The position numbers and the translations under genes are program-made. The notes below the pieces were generated by a model. That model did not search any database and was not told the DNA's origin. It worked only from the letters and a program-made list of their open reading frames with translations. From Andalucia godoyi And28 (Eukaryota > Protista > Jakobida), in the NCBI GenBank assembly GCA_009859145.1, contig VRVR01000032.1, forward strand, positions 90,854-154,853: DNA of 64,000 nucleotides. The letters are read 5' to 3'. Within the stretch, counting starts at the first letter, position 1. Every line of letters starts with the position of its first letter. This document shows positions 41,596 to 50,706 of the stretch, one piece after another.

Positions 41596-42726
41596 TTAAG
41601 CAGTTGCCGCGTTTTCTGCAGGCACGCTGCCCGAGTCTGCAGCACCGTCACTGCGACGACCACCGCGACCACGACGGGTTCCATTTCGACGACGCGCCGC
41701 GCCCTCCGCGCTCGCAGACCCTTCTTGCGCAGCAGAGTCGGTTTGCGGAACACCGGTATCCGACGCCTCACCACCTCCTTGGCGGTTGCTGCGGCGCTGA
41801 CGTCTTGGACGAGAGGCCGCTGCAGAACCGTCGGCTGCATTCTCAGCGTTGTCGTTCTGCGCGGAAGCATCCTCGCCTGAGACGGCGCCTTCGGCCTTTG
41901 GTTGACGGGGGCGTCTGGGACGACGATTACGCTTTCGCTCGCCGTCTGCGCCGGTCTCTGCGTTGTCCTGTCTAGCAAATGGTGCGTCGGCGTCTGTCGA
42001 GCCGGTCGCAACAGTCTCACCCGCGACATCCGTTGGCTTCGGTCCACGGCGGCGGTTGTTGTTTCGGCGTCCACGACCCTTGCGCTCTGCATTTTCTCCG
42101 GTGGCTTCCGCGGCAGTCACGCCCTCAGTCGCTGAAACACTGGCGGCTGCAGCATCCCCATTCTCCTCCTTGTCTTTCTTTTCCTTTCGGTTGTTCTTGC
42201 GGGCTTCGTTGCGCTTTTTGCGCTCAGCATCTAACTCAGCCTTCCGCTCATGTTCGGGTTCTTCCGGCTGCACAAGCTCTGCGGGAATCGGCTGTTGGTA
42301 GCCTGGATGAGAAGTGGGAAGCGGAGCAAGAGAGAGCGTGATGGTCACCACGGACACTTCACGACTGACCTTCACGGTCTCTGCACCCTCGACCTCGCCA
42401 ACATACTCGTCCTCGATGGATTCGGAAGACACCTCTGTGATCTGATGGAGTCCGGCGACGCGGCGCTTAACAATCTCTGCAAGCGAAACGGTTTTTGTGA
42501 TCGCCAGCCCCATGCCCTTCAGCACGACCTTCTGTGCACCATCCACATTGAACAGCCGCAGCACATACTCCACCGATGCCCTCAAAGACCCTTTGGCCGT
42601 CACACGGACTTCGTTTGATGGAGCATCCGTCGATCGTGTACGAGGCTTCTCGACTTTCTTGTAGTTTTGGAGGTTCGGTTGCGCAGTCGCAGTCGGCGCG
42701 GTGGCAGTTGTAGCAGTAGCGGACAT
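41596..42726 (-). CDS. Alba-domain (Rpp25-like) protein with basic/RGG-like tail
   Basis: NEVRVTAKG...VVLKGMGLAITKTVSLAEIVKRRVAGLHQ, ITLSLAPL..HPGYQQP; C-terminal RGRGRR/RRGRGG repeats. Confidence 0.9.
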   Translation of the reverse strand: MSATATTATAPTATAQPNLQNYKKVEKPRTRSTDAPSNEVRVTAKGSLRASVEYVLRLFNVDGAQKVVLKGMGLAITKTVSLAEIVKRRVAGLHQITEVSSESIEDEYVGEVEGAETVKVSREVSVVTITLSLAPLPTSHPGYQQPIPAELVQPEEPEHERKAELDAERKKRNEARKNNRKEKKDKEENGDAAAASVSATEGVTAAEATGENAERKGRGRRNNNRRRGPKPTDVAGETVATGSTDADAPFARQDNAETGADGERKRNRRPRRPRQPKAEGAVSGEDASAQNDNAENAADGSAAASRPRRQRRSNRQGGGEASDTGVPQTDSAAQEGSASAEGAARRRNGTRRGRGGRRSDGAADSGSVPAENAATA

Positions 42727-43456
42727 TCTCACGGTGCAGTTGTTCAGACAGTTAAAAAAAAAAAACGAGAGTATCAAAAGGAATGGAGAACGATGCTTTT
42801 CTTTTTTTCTTTTTCTTTTTCTTTTCGAAGGTTCACAGCTTTAGTTCCGGAAAGAAGAAAGAAAAAAAAGGAGAATGGACGGTATCACGAAAGAGGAGGT
42901 GACGTCAAGAAGGCCTGTTTAAGAAAGAGTCTTTTTTCTTTCTTTCTTTCTTTTTCAAAAAAGAAACAAAACAAAACAAAATATGAAAATCAATCAATAT
43001 TTTTATTAAAATATAAAAAAACATTATAGTAAATTAAGAAAATAAAATAAGAAAAAGAAGGGAATGGATGGGGGATGGAGCAAAAAGGGTGGTAAATCGA
43101 AGAGACACGAACGTGGTGATTTGAAGTGGCTTGAATGACCCTCTCTCCCTTTCTCTTAATTTTTAATTTGGGTGGGGACTATTTCGAAGGGAAATGGGAA
43201 ACTCACACTGCACCCCAGACCGAGCACGCCGTCCACCTACAGCGACGACTCAAATGCAGAAGGGACTCATTTTTTTCCTTCCATTATTTAAATATTTTTT
43301 GTGGGACTTCATCATCACTTGAACACTGTGTCGCGCGAACTGTCAGTGCGCTGACACGCTGCGTGGACTCTGACATTCGTGCATCCTTTTGCCTAATTTC
43401 CCCATCGCGAACACCCTTTGAGCTTTGTTCTTCTATTTCCTCACTCTGTGTGTGTT

Positions 43457-43500
43457 TCTCTCTCTCTCTCTCTCTCTTTCTTTCTCTCTCTCTCTCTCTC
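43457..43500 (+). repeat. (CT)n microsatellite
   Basis: Near-perfect TC run upstream of NAC-alpha. Confidence 0.9.
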
Positions 43501-43589
43501 TGTTTCTCTGTTTCTCTGTTTCCTTGCCTCCCGGATTGCCTCCCAAATATCTTCCTCTCTCCCCAAGTCTGTTGAATTCCCTCCCGAGA

Positions 43590-44132
43590 ATGGCATCTGA
43601 AGCAGTTGAGAATGCACCGCAGCCCGAGCTGACTGCTGAGCAGATCGCAGAGGCCGAGGCCGCTCTTTCCGCTGCCAGCGACCTCCACAAGCAGTCTCGC
43701 TCCGAGAAGAAGACGCGCAAGGCCATGGACAAGATGGGTCTTGAGGCTGTTGAAAGCGTTACCCGAGTCACCATGCGCCGAGGCCGCCAGATCATTGCCA
43801 TTGACCACCCGGACGTGTACAAGTTTCCCGGAACCGATGCTTTCCTTGTGTACGGAGAAGCCCGCATTGAGGACCCCGCCGCTGCCGCCCAGCAGGCCGC
43901 TGCTCGTCAGTTCGCCCCGACCGGCGCATCTTCTTCTGCACCTGCCGCTGCCGCATCGACCACCCAGGTTGTCGAGGAGGACGACGGTGCTGAGGCCGAC
44001 GAAACTGGTCTCGACGCATCGGACATCAGCATGATCATGTCCCAGGCAAACGTCAGCCGCGCAAAGGCTGTCAAGGCTCTCCGCGCCAAGGGTGGAGATA
44101 TGGTGGAAGCAATCATGTCCCTCACGCAATAA
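43590..44132 (+). CDS. NACA: Nascent polypeptide-associated complex alpha subunit
   Basis: [18 protein letters not shown]...VTRVTMRR...PDVYK...[11 protein letters not shown]; [38 protein letters not shown]. Confidence 0.96.
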   Translation: MASEAVENAPQPELTAEQIAEAEAALSAASDLHKQSRSEKKTRKAMDKMGLEAVESVTRVTMRRGRQIIAIDHPDVYKFPGTDAFLVYGEARIEDPAAAAQQAAARQFAPTGASSSAPAAAASTTQVVEEDDGAEADETGLDASDISMIMSQANVSRAKAVKALRAKGGDMVEAIMSLTQ

Positions 44133-45043
44133 TCGAGTAAGTAAAATCACAGGCACGACACTTTGTTTTGCTGTTGTTGTCCTTTCGTCTGTTTTTGTGT
44201 TCTGACAAACACGTAGCCTTCACCGTGCGTCCGTTCTTGTCAGATACTGAAACTGGCAAGTCTTTTGTGGTGCTGCTTCAGCCCCTTTTGACGCGGTGTC
44301 TTTTATGACTCCTTGCTGCCGCGGTTCATCACCTCAGTATTACCGCTCGCCAAAACAAGAATCATGATTGGCCATCGGCTAAGCTGTCACCGAAGACAGA
44401 TCCAAGCCACGTGTTTGTTTTTATTTGGTAACTCTTCCAAGCAGTCAAAGAGTCATCGCAGCCGACAGATTCCTCAATTAATTCAACATCCAAAAATGAA
44501 CGTTGGAGGAAACAGAATGTAGTCGGCGAACGACGCCGCGCCTGACGACGCTTTTGTCTTTGCTCCTTCTTGTTCTCTGACTTAAAGCGCATTCCGAGCG
44601 CAAATCGATCACTTATTCGTGATTTGATGATCATCAGCTTGCTCAGCAAGTTGCGACGAGAGCGGAATCAACGCGTTTCTTGGTTCTCGGCATCTTCTGG
44701 AATGGCGGGTTTGGGTGTGTTGGGGAAGATCCCCTCTTTGGAGCCATGCGATGTTTTGTCTCTGATGAAAGGTGCTGCTTGTGGGTTCGATTATGAAAAA
44801 GCCAAACAAACAGAAAAGTAAAGTAAAGTAAAAGAACGTTTGGTGTTCAACGTTGATTCACAAAGCTGCCAGCCGTAAGTATTTCTTTCTTTTGTGCTCA
44901 GTGCCGGTCGTAGTCAGCCACTCTTGGGGGCATTCCCGGCTTTTTGCACGTTGATTGTTGTGCTGCAGTGTACGCGAAGTCGTGAAACACTGCTTTGGAG
45001 AATCTGTGTGTTTTGAGCGAGTGGAGAGCTGTGGAGCATTTGA

Positions 45044-48000
45044 ATGGATCACATCAACTTGTTCTCGTCGCAACAGATTGTTCGCGAGAACAACGCCCCG
45101 CTTCATGTCGCCGCATCTCTGGATTTCATGTTTTCGCTGTTTTCCGATGGATCCGTGAATGCGTTTTCGTATCAAAACACAGAGAACCCGGCCTATGGGT
45201 TCAGGACTGTTTCGTCAAGAATCACGGCTGCATTCGGGCTGCCGCACGTGAATGGAATTCTCACCGTCGAAGGAGAAGAGCGAAACGAATGCGTGCGATT
45301 GTACGTTATTGCGATTGCAAAGGCACAGGCAAATGGAAGGGGGAAAGGAGGCATTCCTCTTGCTGCTGGTGTTTCTGGAATTGCGCATGTTGTTGCATTG
45401 ACGATTCGACCGGTGCCGACAGGCGCATGCTGCATCTCATACTGCTCCAAGTCGCTGTTGCTCGCAATTGGAGGGCGCTCGCTCATTACAGTGTTCCAGC
45501 TCGTTATTCCGCCAAATGTTTCGAAGGACTCGGATGTCAAGGCCTCCAAGGTTGCAACGATTTGGACTGCAGACTGGCTCGTCTCGCGCATCAAGGTACA
45601 CGGCTCTTTTTTGAGTTATTCAGATGGCATGTCTGTGCGCATCGTGACACTTTCTCAGGCATGCGAAAGGACGACTTCGCCTTCCACACAGAGCTCTATG
45701 CTGAATGCCCACGGAGCCTCCTTGCCGTCTTCATTTTCTCCTGTTGGCATTTCGCCGACGTTCGTGTCCTCCAGCTCGGCTGATAATCCGTTTACCGTCT
45801 GTTATGATGATGGAGGTAGGATGATTTCGAAAAAATCCGACATCGTCCCGGATCTGTTTCGAGGTAGACGCGGATCCCTTGCGGACGATGTGCTCTATCC
45901 ATCGCGGAAGCGTTTTTTGCGGAATGTTGGGCATCCCGTGTTTTTTGCATCAAAGGGACAGTTCGTGTCGAATTTCGTCCTAGAAATGCACTTTTCCGAC
46001 GGATGCGTCCATTCATTGTCGATGGATGATGAGCTTGCTTTCATCTGTTCAACGAGAAAATGCGTTATATTCAACCTGGCCTCGCAAGATGTCGAAGCAG
46101 TCATCCCATTTCTATCAGATTCTGTGTGTGCTGGAGTCCGGAGAGGCTATTTTATCATTTCTGCATCCAAAGCGGGACTGGAGGTCTGGGCATATCCGAG
46201 AACGTCCTTTCTGCGACGCTTGCCTCACGCATTCATGAAGTACCAGCGTCCGTTCTTTGTCTGCATGCAGCCACTTTTCGGAACGCGATCCTTTCACTTT
46301 GTGCCAGACGATCGAAAAATATTGATTTTTGCAAGCATCGGCTCTGCTGAGAATATTGCTCTTGCTGCAAAGTTTGACGAATCTAGCGTATCCTTGCACC
46401 AGTCAAACTCAAATCGTCATCTCAGAAGTTGGGATGTCATCGTTGACAATATCGATTTCGCCTCTCGATCCAACATGCGAAGTGGCTCATTTGCTCCGCT
46501 CATTACTGGCAATAGCCGGCACAGACCCTCTTCTTCTTCTTCTGAGCAAGTCAGCAAAGTGCCGATCGAAGAAGATCTCTTTTCGTGGAATGTGTACGTT
46601 CTTGACCTGGTGGACGACGGTGAGTTGGCGCAGGAAATCCTCGACTGCATCCTGTCGTCATCCATATCGACCTCCACATCCACTATGTCCTACGGCCAAT
46701 TGGTTCATTCATGCGGTCTGCTGTTCCGCGCCGCGCTTGTAGGTCGGTCTCTTAATCGAGACGAGCTGTTTTATGAATCCTGCCGCCGCATAGCACACAT
46801 CTTTTTTGACCATCGCAAGTTTGATTTGTCGGCATTTTTCTTTTCCCTCACTCTGGACGATGTCGTTGGAACTGCAAACGTCTTTCTTGCAGTTAGTAAC
46901 GACGGTGGAGACGGCAGTCCGCAGTATCTGTCAGCTCCTCAGTCTGCCTCGCACTCGCCAGTCTATTCGGTTGTCCATCATTATCTGTCACGTGTCCTCT
47001 GCGACGGTTCCTTTTCGTTTGTCGATTCCGTTTTCACGAGCACGTATCCGTCCCTCGATGCAGCGGAAGCAGATAGGTTTCTATGGATGTTTGCCAAACA
47101 TAATTCCATGATGGTCTCTACACTTATTTTCTGGTCATCGTGTTTTGCAGCATCTCTGGAGACCATGCTGCAATGTCTATTTAGCACCTACGGCTCTAGC
47201 GTCGATGTTTCGGATGTAGGAGCATTGGACGTCGACAAACTACCGGTCCTGCGACCGATGGATGTATTTGCTGCGTCGATTCTTCTTGCGCGTCTCGGGA
47301 ACACTGGTCTCTCTGTGTCACTGCTGCAGTCGACATTTGATGAAGAGACGTTAATTTCTCTGCTAGCGGATCGATTTGAGCTCGTGATGTTCAAATGGGA
47401 TCTTATTCCGTTCTTTTTGCGCAACTTGTCTTCCGTGTTTATTTCCGCGTGTTTGCGACTCCGCAAACATCTCAAGAACATTGCAGACATCGTTCGTGTG
47501 CACCAGTCATTGGATATTTCCTACATGAACGCTGCAAACATGTTCTGGCGAGCTTTATATTCACATCACGTTCTAGATGCCAAGTGGTACCAGTATGCGA
47601 TTATCGCAGCAAGTGTTTCGATAGCAACATCCGCAGATATCAAGGTTATTGTCGATATGGATGACGACGCGGATGGATCGCAGTTCAAAGAATCCAATGA
47701 CATGGAACGACAGTCTGAGTGGTTCTTGTTCGAGTTCTCCAAGGAAACAATGACAACGCAATGCATTTTTCTGTGTAAGCTGCTGAACGATGCGTCGTCC
47801 GACGCAGTGACGGGCTGCTCAGAAACGGTCCAAACCGCTCTGGCTTCTCTTTCTAATCCGCGAACTGCGACCATTCTCCAGTCCCTGCTGCAATTTAAAA
47901 AGGGGGAACAGCTCGAAGCATACTTGTCCTTGAGGAACATCGACACCAAACTCGCGAACCGATTTTTGGTCCAAAATGCGCCCGCCATCACCAGTTGGCT

Positions 48001-48175
48001 GCCGATTTTAGAAGCACACGGAAGCTCCATGTCCGACATCCCAACTGAAGGACTGCAGTACATTTCCCACCCATCGATCATTTTGGAGTCAACCTCCGAG
48101 CAACGATGGCAGCTGCTGGATCGGTTTTTGAGATACAAGAAGTCGACGCAAATTCTACGAAAGCTTGTTCAATGA
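45044..48175 (+). CDS. HPS3 (BLOC-2 subunit)-like protein
   Basis: N-terminus HINLFSSQQIV resembles HPS3 NLHPFGSQQVV; CMQPLFG and WNVYVL..V..GELAQEI motifs; beta-rich N-half and helical C-half. Confidence 0.55.
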   Translation: MDHINLFSSQQIVRENNAPLHVAASLDFMFSLFSDGSVNAFSYQNTENPAYGFRTVSSRITAAFGLPHVNGILTVEGEERNECVRLYVIAIAKAQANGRGKGGIPLAAGVSGIAHVVALTIRPVPTGACCISYCSKSLLLAIGGRSLITVFQLVIPPNVSKDSDVKASKVATIWTADWLVSRIKVHGSFLSYSDGMSVRIVTLSQACERTTSPSTQSSMLNAHGASLPSSFSPVGISPTFVSSSSADNPFTVCYDDGGRMISKKSDIVPDLFRGRRGSLADDVLYPSRKRFLRNVGHPVFFASKGQFVSNFVLEMHFSDGCVHSLSMDDELAFICSTRKCVIFNLASQDVEAVIPFLSDSVCAGVRRGYFIISASKAGLEVWAYPRTSFLRRLPHAFMKYQRPFFVCMQPLFGTRSFHFVPDDRKILIFASIGSAENIALAAKFDESSVSLHQSNSNRHLRSWDVIVDNIDFASRSNMRSGSFAPLITGNSRHRPSSSSSEQVSKVPIEEDLFSWNVYVLDLVDDGELAQEILDCILSSSISTSTSTMSYGQLVHSCGLLFRAALVGRSLNRDELFYESCRRIAHIFFDHRKFDLSAFFFSLTLDDVVGTANVFLAVSNDGGDGSPQYLSAPQSASHSPVYSVVHHYLSRVLCDGSFSFVDSVFTSTYPSLDAAEADRFLWMFAKHNSMMVSTLIFWSSCFAASLETMLQCLFSTYGSSVDVSDVGALDVDKLPVLRPMDVFAASILLARLGNTGLSVSLLQSTFDEETLISLLADRFELVMFKWDLIPFFLRNLSSVFISACLRLRKHLKNIADIVRVHQSLDISYMNAANMFWRALYSHHVLDAKWYQYAIIAASVSIATSADIKVIVDMDDDADGSQFKESNDMERQSEWFLFEFSKETMTTQCIFLCKLLNDASSDAVTGCSETVQTALASLSNPRTATILQSLLQFKKGEQLEAYLSLRNIDTKLANRFLVQNAPAITSWLPILEAHGSSMSDIPTEGLQYISHPSIILESTSEQRWQLLDRFLRYKKSTQILRKLVQ

Positions 48176-48326
48176 AGGAACACGAAAACCTCTCGCTTCC
48201 CTCTCTTCTTCTTCTTTCTTTCTTTCTTTTCTTTCTTTTCTTTCTTTTCTTTTTTTTTTTTTTTTTCCTGTTCTTTTTCTGTCTCTCCTTTTCTTTTCTT
48301 GCATCGCCGTCGGTTTTAAAAAGGCA

Positions 48327-50357
48327 TCAAGACTGTTGCTTCTTTTTGTATCGTAGCAGCACTTCTCCAAGCAGCGTCCGGTCCTTGTAAAACGTTTTCA
48401 GCGTCCCGAGATTGGTGTCCATAGGTATGATCTCCCCATCACATAACAAGTCGTACTGAATTTCGCATTCACTCACTTTCAGGTTTGAGCTTGCCTCAGG
48501 ATCATCCACGGGCGAATCCGAGTGTGTCGCTCGAAGCTTGTTTTGCACGTAGAAGGCAATCTTCCGAGCTCTCAACAACCGATTTCCACTCAACTTGGTC
48601 GACGTCGTTTGCTGAATTGCAGGAAGACCAGTTCCAGATGCAGGTTCCAGATGAAACGCAATCTTCTCCGGTTCAACCTCGACGACGTGTCTCGTATCCA
48701 ACCCAAGTCGTATCCAGTTTGGCAGTTTTGGGAGCAAAAAGGCTGTGTCCATGTTGGAAACATCCGAAACTCTGAAAAACAACAGAGTTGATTTCGGTTC
48801 CGCTGCTGAACAGACAAACGCTCCGACATCGGGTGACAGGTCGAAGTGTAAATTTGGCGAGTGTTTCTTTGAGACAGCAGCATTCTCCTCTGTTGGAACG
48901 TCCTCGACTTTTTGCAGGCTCTTGAAGAAGGATACAATCATAGCACGGCCGATGTTAACGCGAGTATCCTCCAAGAACTGTCCCTGGACTTCCGTATCCA
49001 CAGCATACACCTCAGAATTGTAGGAAGAATTTCGATTCATCGTGAGTCTGAGATATCCCAACTGAACGTCGACCGAGCACCACGACGGAACAAAGACCGG
49101 ACGATCAATTTTCTCGCATGCAGCTTTAAAATCTTCGGTCCCGAGCATGTCCACCTTTCCTGTACATAGATGATGGCACGTAACTTGCGAATCATCCCAC
49201 AAACACAAAACTCGTCGCTTGTCAAAACAAACTCGAAACTTCTTGATGGAGTGCACTGGCGCAATGGAGAAGGACGGCGTGGGCACAGCAACCTTCTTAA
49301 TGGTATCGCTGGAGGCAATCGAATTGGATCTACGGATTCCTGTTATCGAAGGACCTCGAAGCGGAGAGAACTGCTTGCTTGGCCCCGGTTTGAAAGCAAA
49401 CTCGCGATAAGCGTCAAAATCACTGGAGATTTCATAATGGGAAACAGATCCTGCCTCGGAAACAATGAATGCATTGTTGTCGTTGCGGCATACCGAAATG
49501 AGCGGTGTTAGAGGGGCAGAAAATAAGATGCTTTCATGATTCCTGATGTCGGTAAGAAACGCGAGGCCGTCTCGCCCTACTGAAATCAGCGACGATTGGG
49601 CATCATCCATTGCCAAACCAAGCACTGAGTGCGAATGCAAAACCAACGTGTTCATGCAGCGCTGCATGCCAAGATCCCACACACGAATTGTTCCATCCGA
49701 GCTTGCGCTGTATATTCTACTTCCGTCGCCGGAAACCACGCAAGATCGCACGACGTCCTTGTGAAGCGAAAATTGCGCAACATCCGCACCTCGAGAATCC
49801 CAAATCCTGACAAGATTGTCTGACGTCCCGCATGCAATGATGCGCGATTCGCGGTCTACATCCACGCAATACAAGGAGGTCGTATGCTTGAGGACCTGGG
49901 TGGTCTCCATCATTCGCAGGTCCCACACTCGAGCCTGTCCATCCAGTGCACAAGACACAAGCGAGGAAACCGCAGTGCGGCTACGAGACGGCACTGCAAA
50001 TTGCTTCACATAGTCTGTGTGGCCCGTCAAATACGAAATAGAAGACGAAAACCTGTTGTTGCGGAACGGTCGAATTGAGATGGATGCATCCGAAGACGCA
50101 CAAATCACTCTTCCGCTGATACTGTCCACGACAATATCATTGATCCAGCCCATGTGAGACGGCACAGAATCAATAAACGAATGGTCCACGTCTGAAACCA
50201 TGTGCGCGCACACATGACCGTCTTTGCCTCCCGTGAACAAGACCGATGCTTCCTTGTCGAATACAGAACAACGGATCCCAAGACGATGGCCGGGAGCCTC
50301 AGTAACCCTCGGATCTGGATACACAACTGAAAGCTCTGGTTCTGCGGATCCTCTCAT
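48327..50357 (-). CDS. WDR48: WD40-repeat protein WDR48/UAF1
   Basis: SHMGWINDIV, GHTDYVK, HKDVVRSC, SSDGTIRVWDLGMQRC; RPVFVPSWCSVD; C-terminal KLSGNRLLRARKIAFYV and MDTNLGTLKTFYK. Confidence 0.9.
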   Translation of the reverse strand: MRGSAEPELSVVYPDPRVTEAPGHRLGIRCSVFDKEASVLFTGGKDGHVCAHMVSDVDHSFIDSVPSHMGWINDIVVDSISGRVICASSDASISIRPFRNNRFSSSISYLTGHTDYVKQFAVPSRSRTAVSSLVSCALDGQARVWDLRMMETTQVLKHTTSLYCVDVDRESRIIACGTSDNLVRIWDSRGADVAQFSLHKDVVRSCVVSGDGSRIYSASSDGTIRVWDLGMQRCMNTLVLHSHSVLGLAMDDAQSSLISVGRDGLAFLTDIRNHESILFSAPLTPLISVCRNDNNAFIVSEAGSVSHYEISSDFDAYREFAFKPGPSKQFSPLRGPSITGIRRSNSIASSDTIKKVAVPTPSFSIAPVHSIKKFRVCFDKRRVLCLWDDSQVTCHHLCTGKVDMLGTEDFKAACEKIDRPVFVPSWCSVDVQLGYLRLTMNRNSSYNSEVYAVDTEVQGQFLEDTRVNIGRAMIVSFFKSLQKVEDVPTEENAAVSKKHSPNLHFDLSPDVGAFVCSAAEPKSTLLFFRVSDVSNMDTAFLLPKLPNWIRLGLDTRHVVEVEPEKIAFHLEPASGTGLPAIQQTTSTKLSGNRLLRARKIAFYVQNKLRATHSDSPVDDPEASSNLKVSECEIQYDLLCDGEIIPMDTNLGTLKTFYKDRTLLGEVLLRYKKKQQS

Positions 50358-50706
50358 CTATACTTTTGTCAATTGGTTACACACCACCATGCTGTGCTTA
50401 TGTTCGGGAAATGAATGTTATTCTTCTGCAAACAACAACAGGAGAGCACCAGGAGAATGAGAGAATAGGAAATACGAGGCGTGTGACGGCGGCGGGCGAA
50501 CTGGGAAGAACAGCGACTGTAGTTGTGTCAAGTTCGCTGTAATTTGTGTCATGATGACATTTTTCCCCTCACTGTCAGTCGCAACTCGCAGGGGGGAATG
50601 CCTTTCTCCGTGAGCTGAGAGAATTTCGCCTTTTTTCCCTTTCTGTCTGTCTCTCCAAACCAGAGGTTTTTGTGAACAGCGCGCATTCGATTAATTCTTC
50701 TTAACA

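Noticed and set aside
43284-44156. 290-aa minus-strand ORF
   Set aside because: Antisense to NAC-alpha plus a CT microsatellite.
44200-45040. Several 60-105 aa ORFs between NAC-alpha and the HPS3-like gene
   Set aside because: Stop density near random and no recognisable motifs; cannot be supported as genes.
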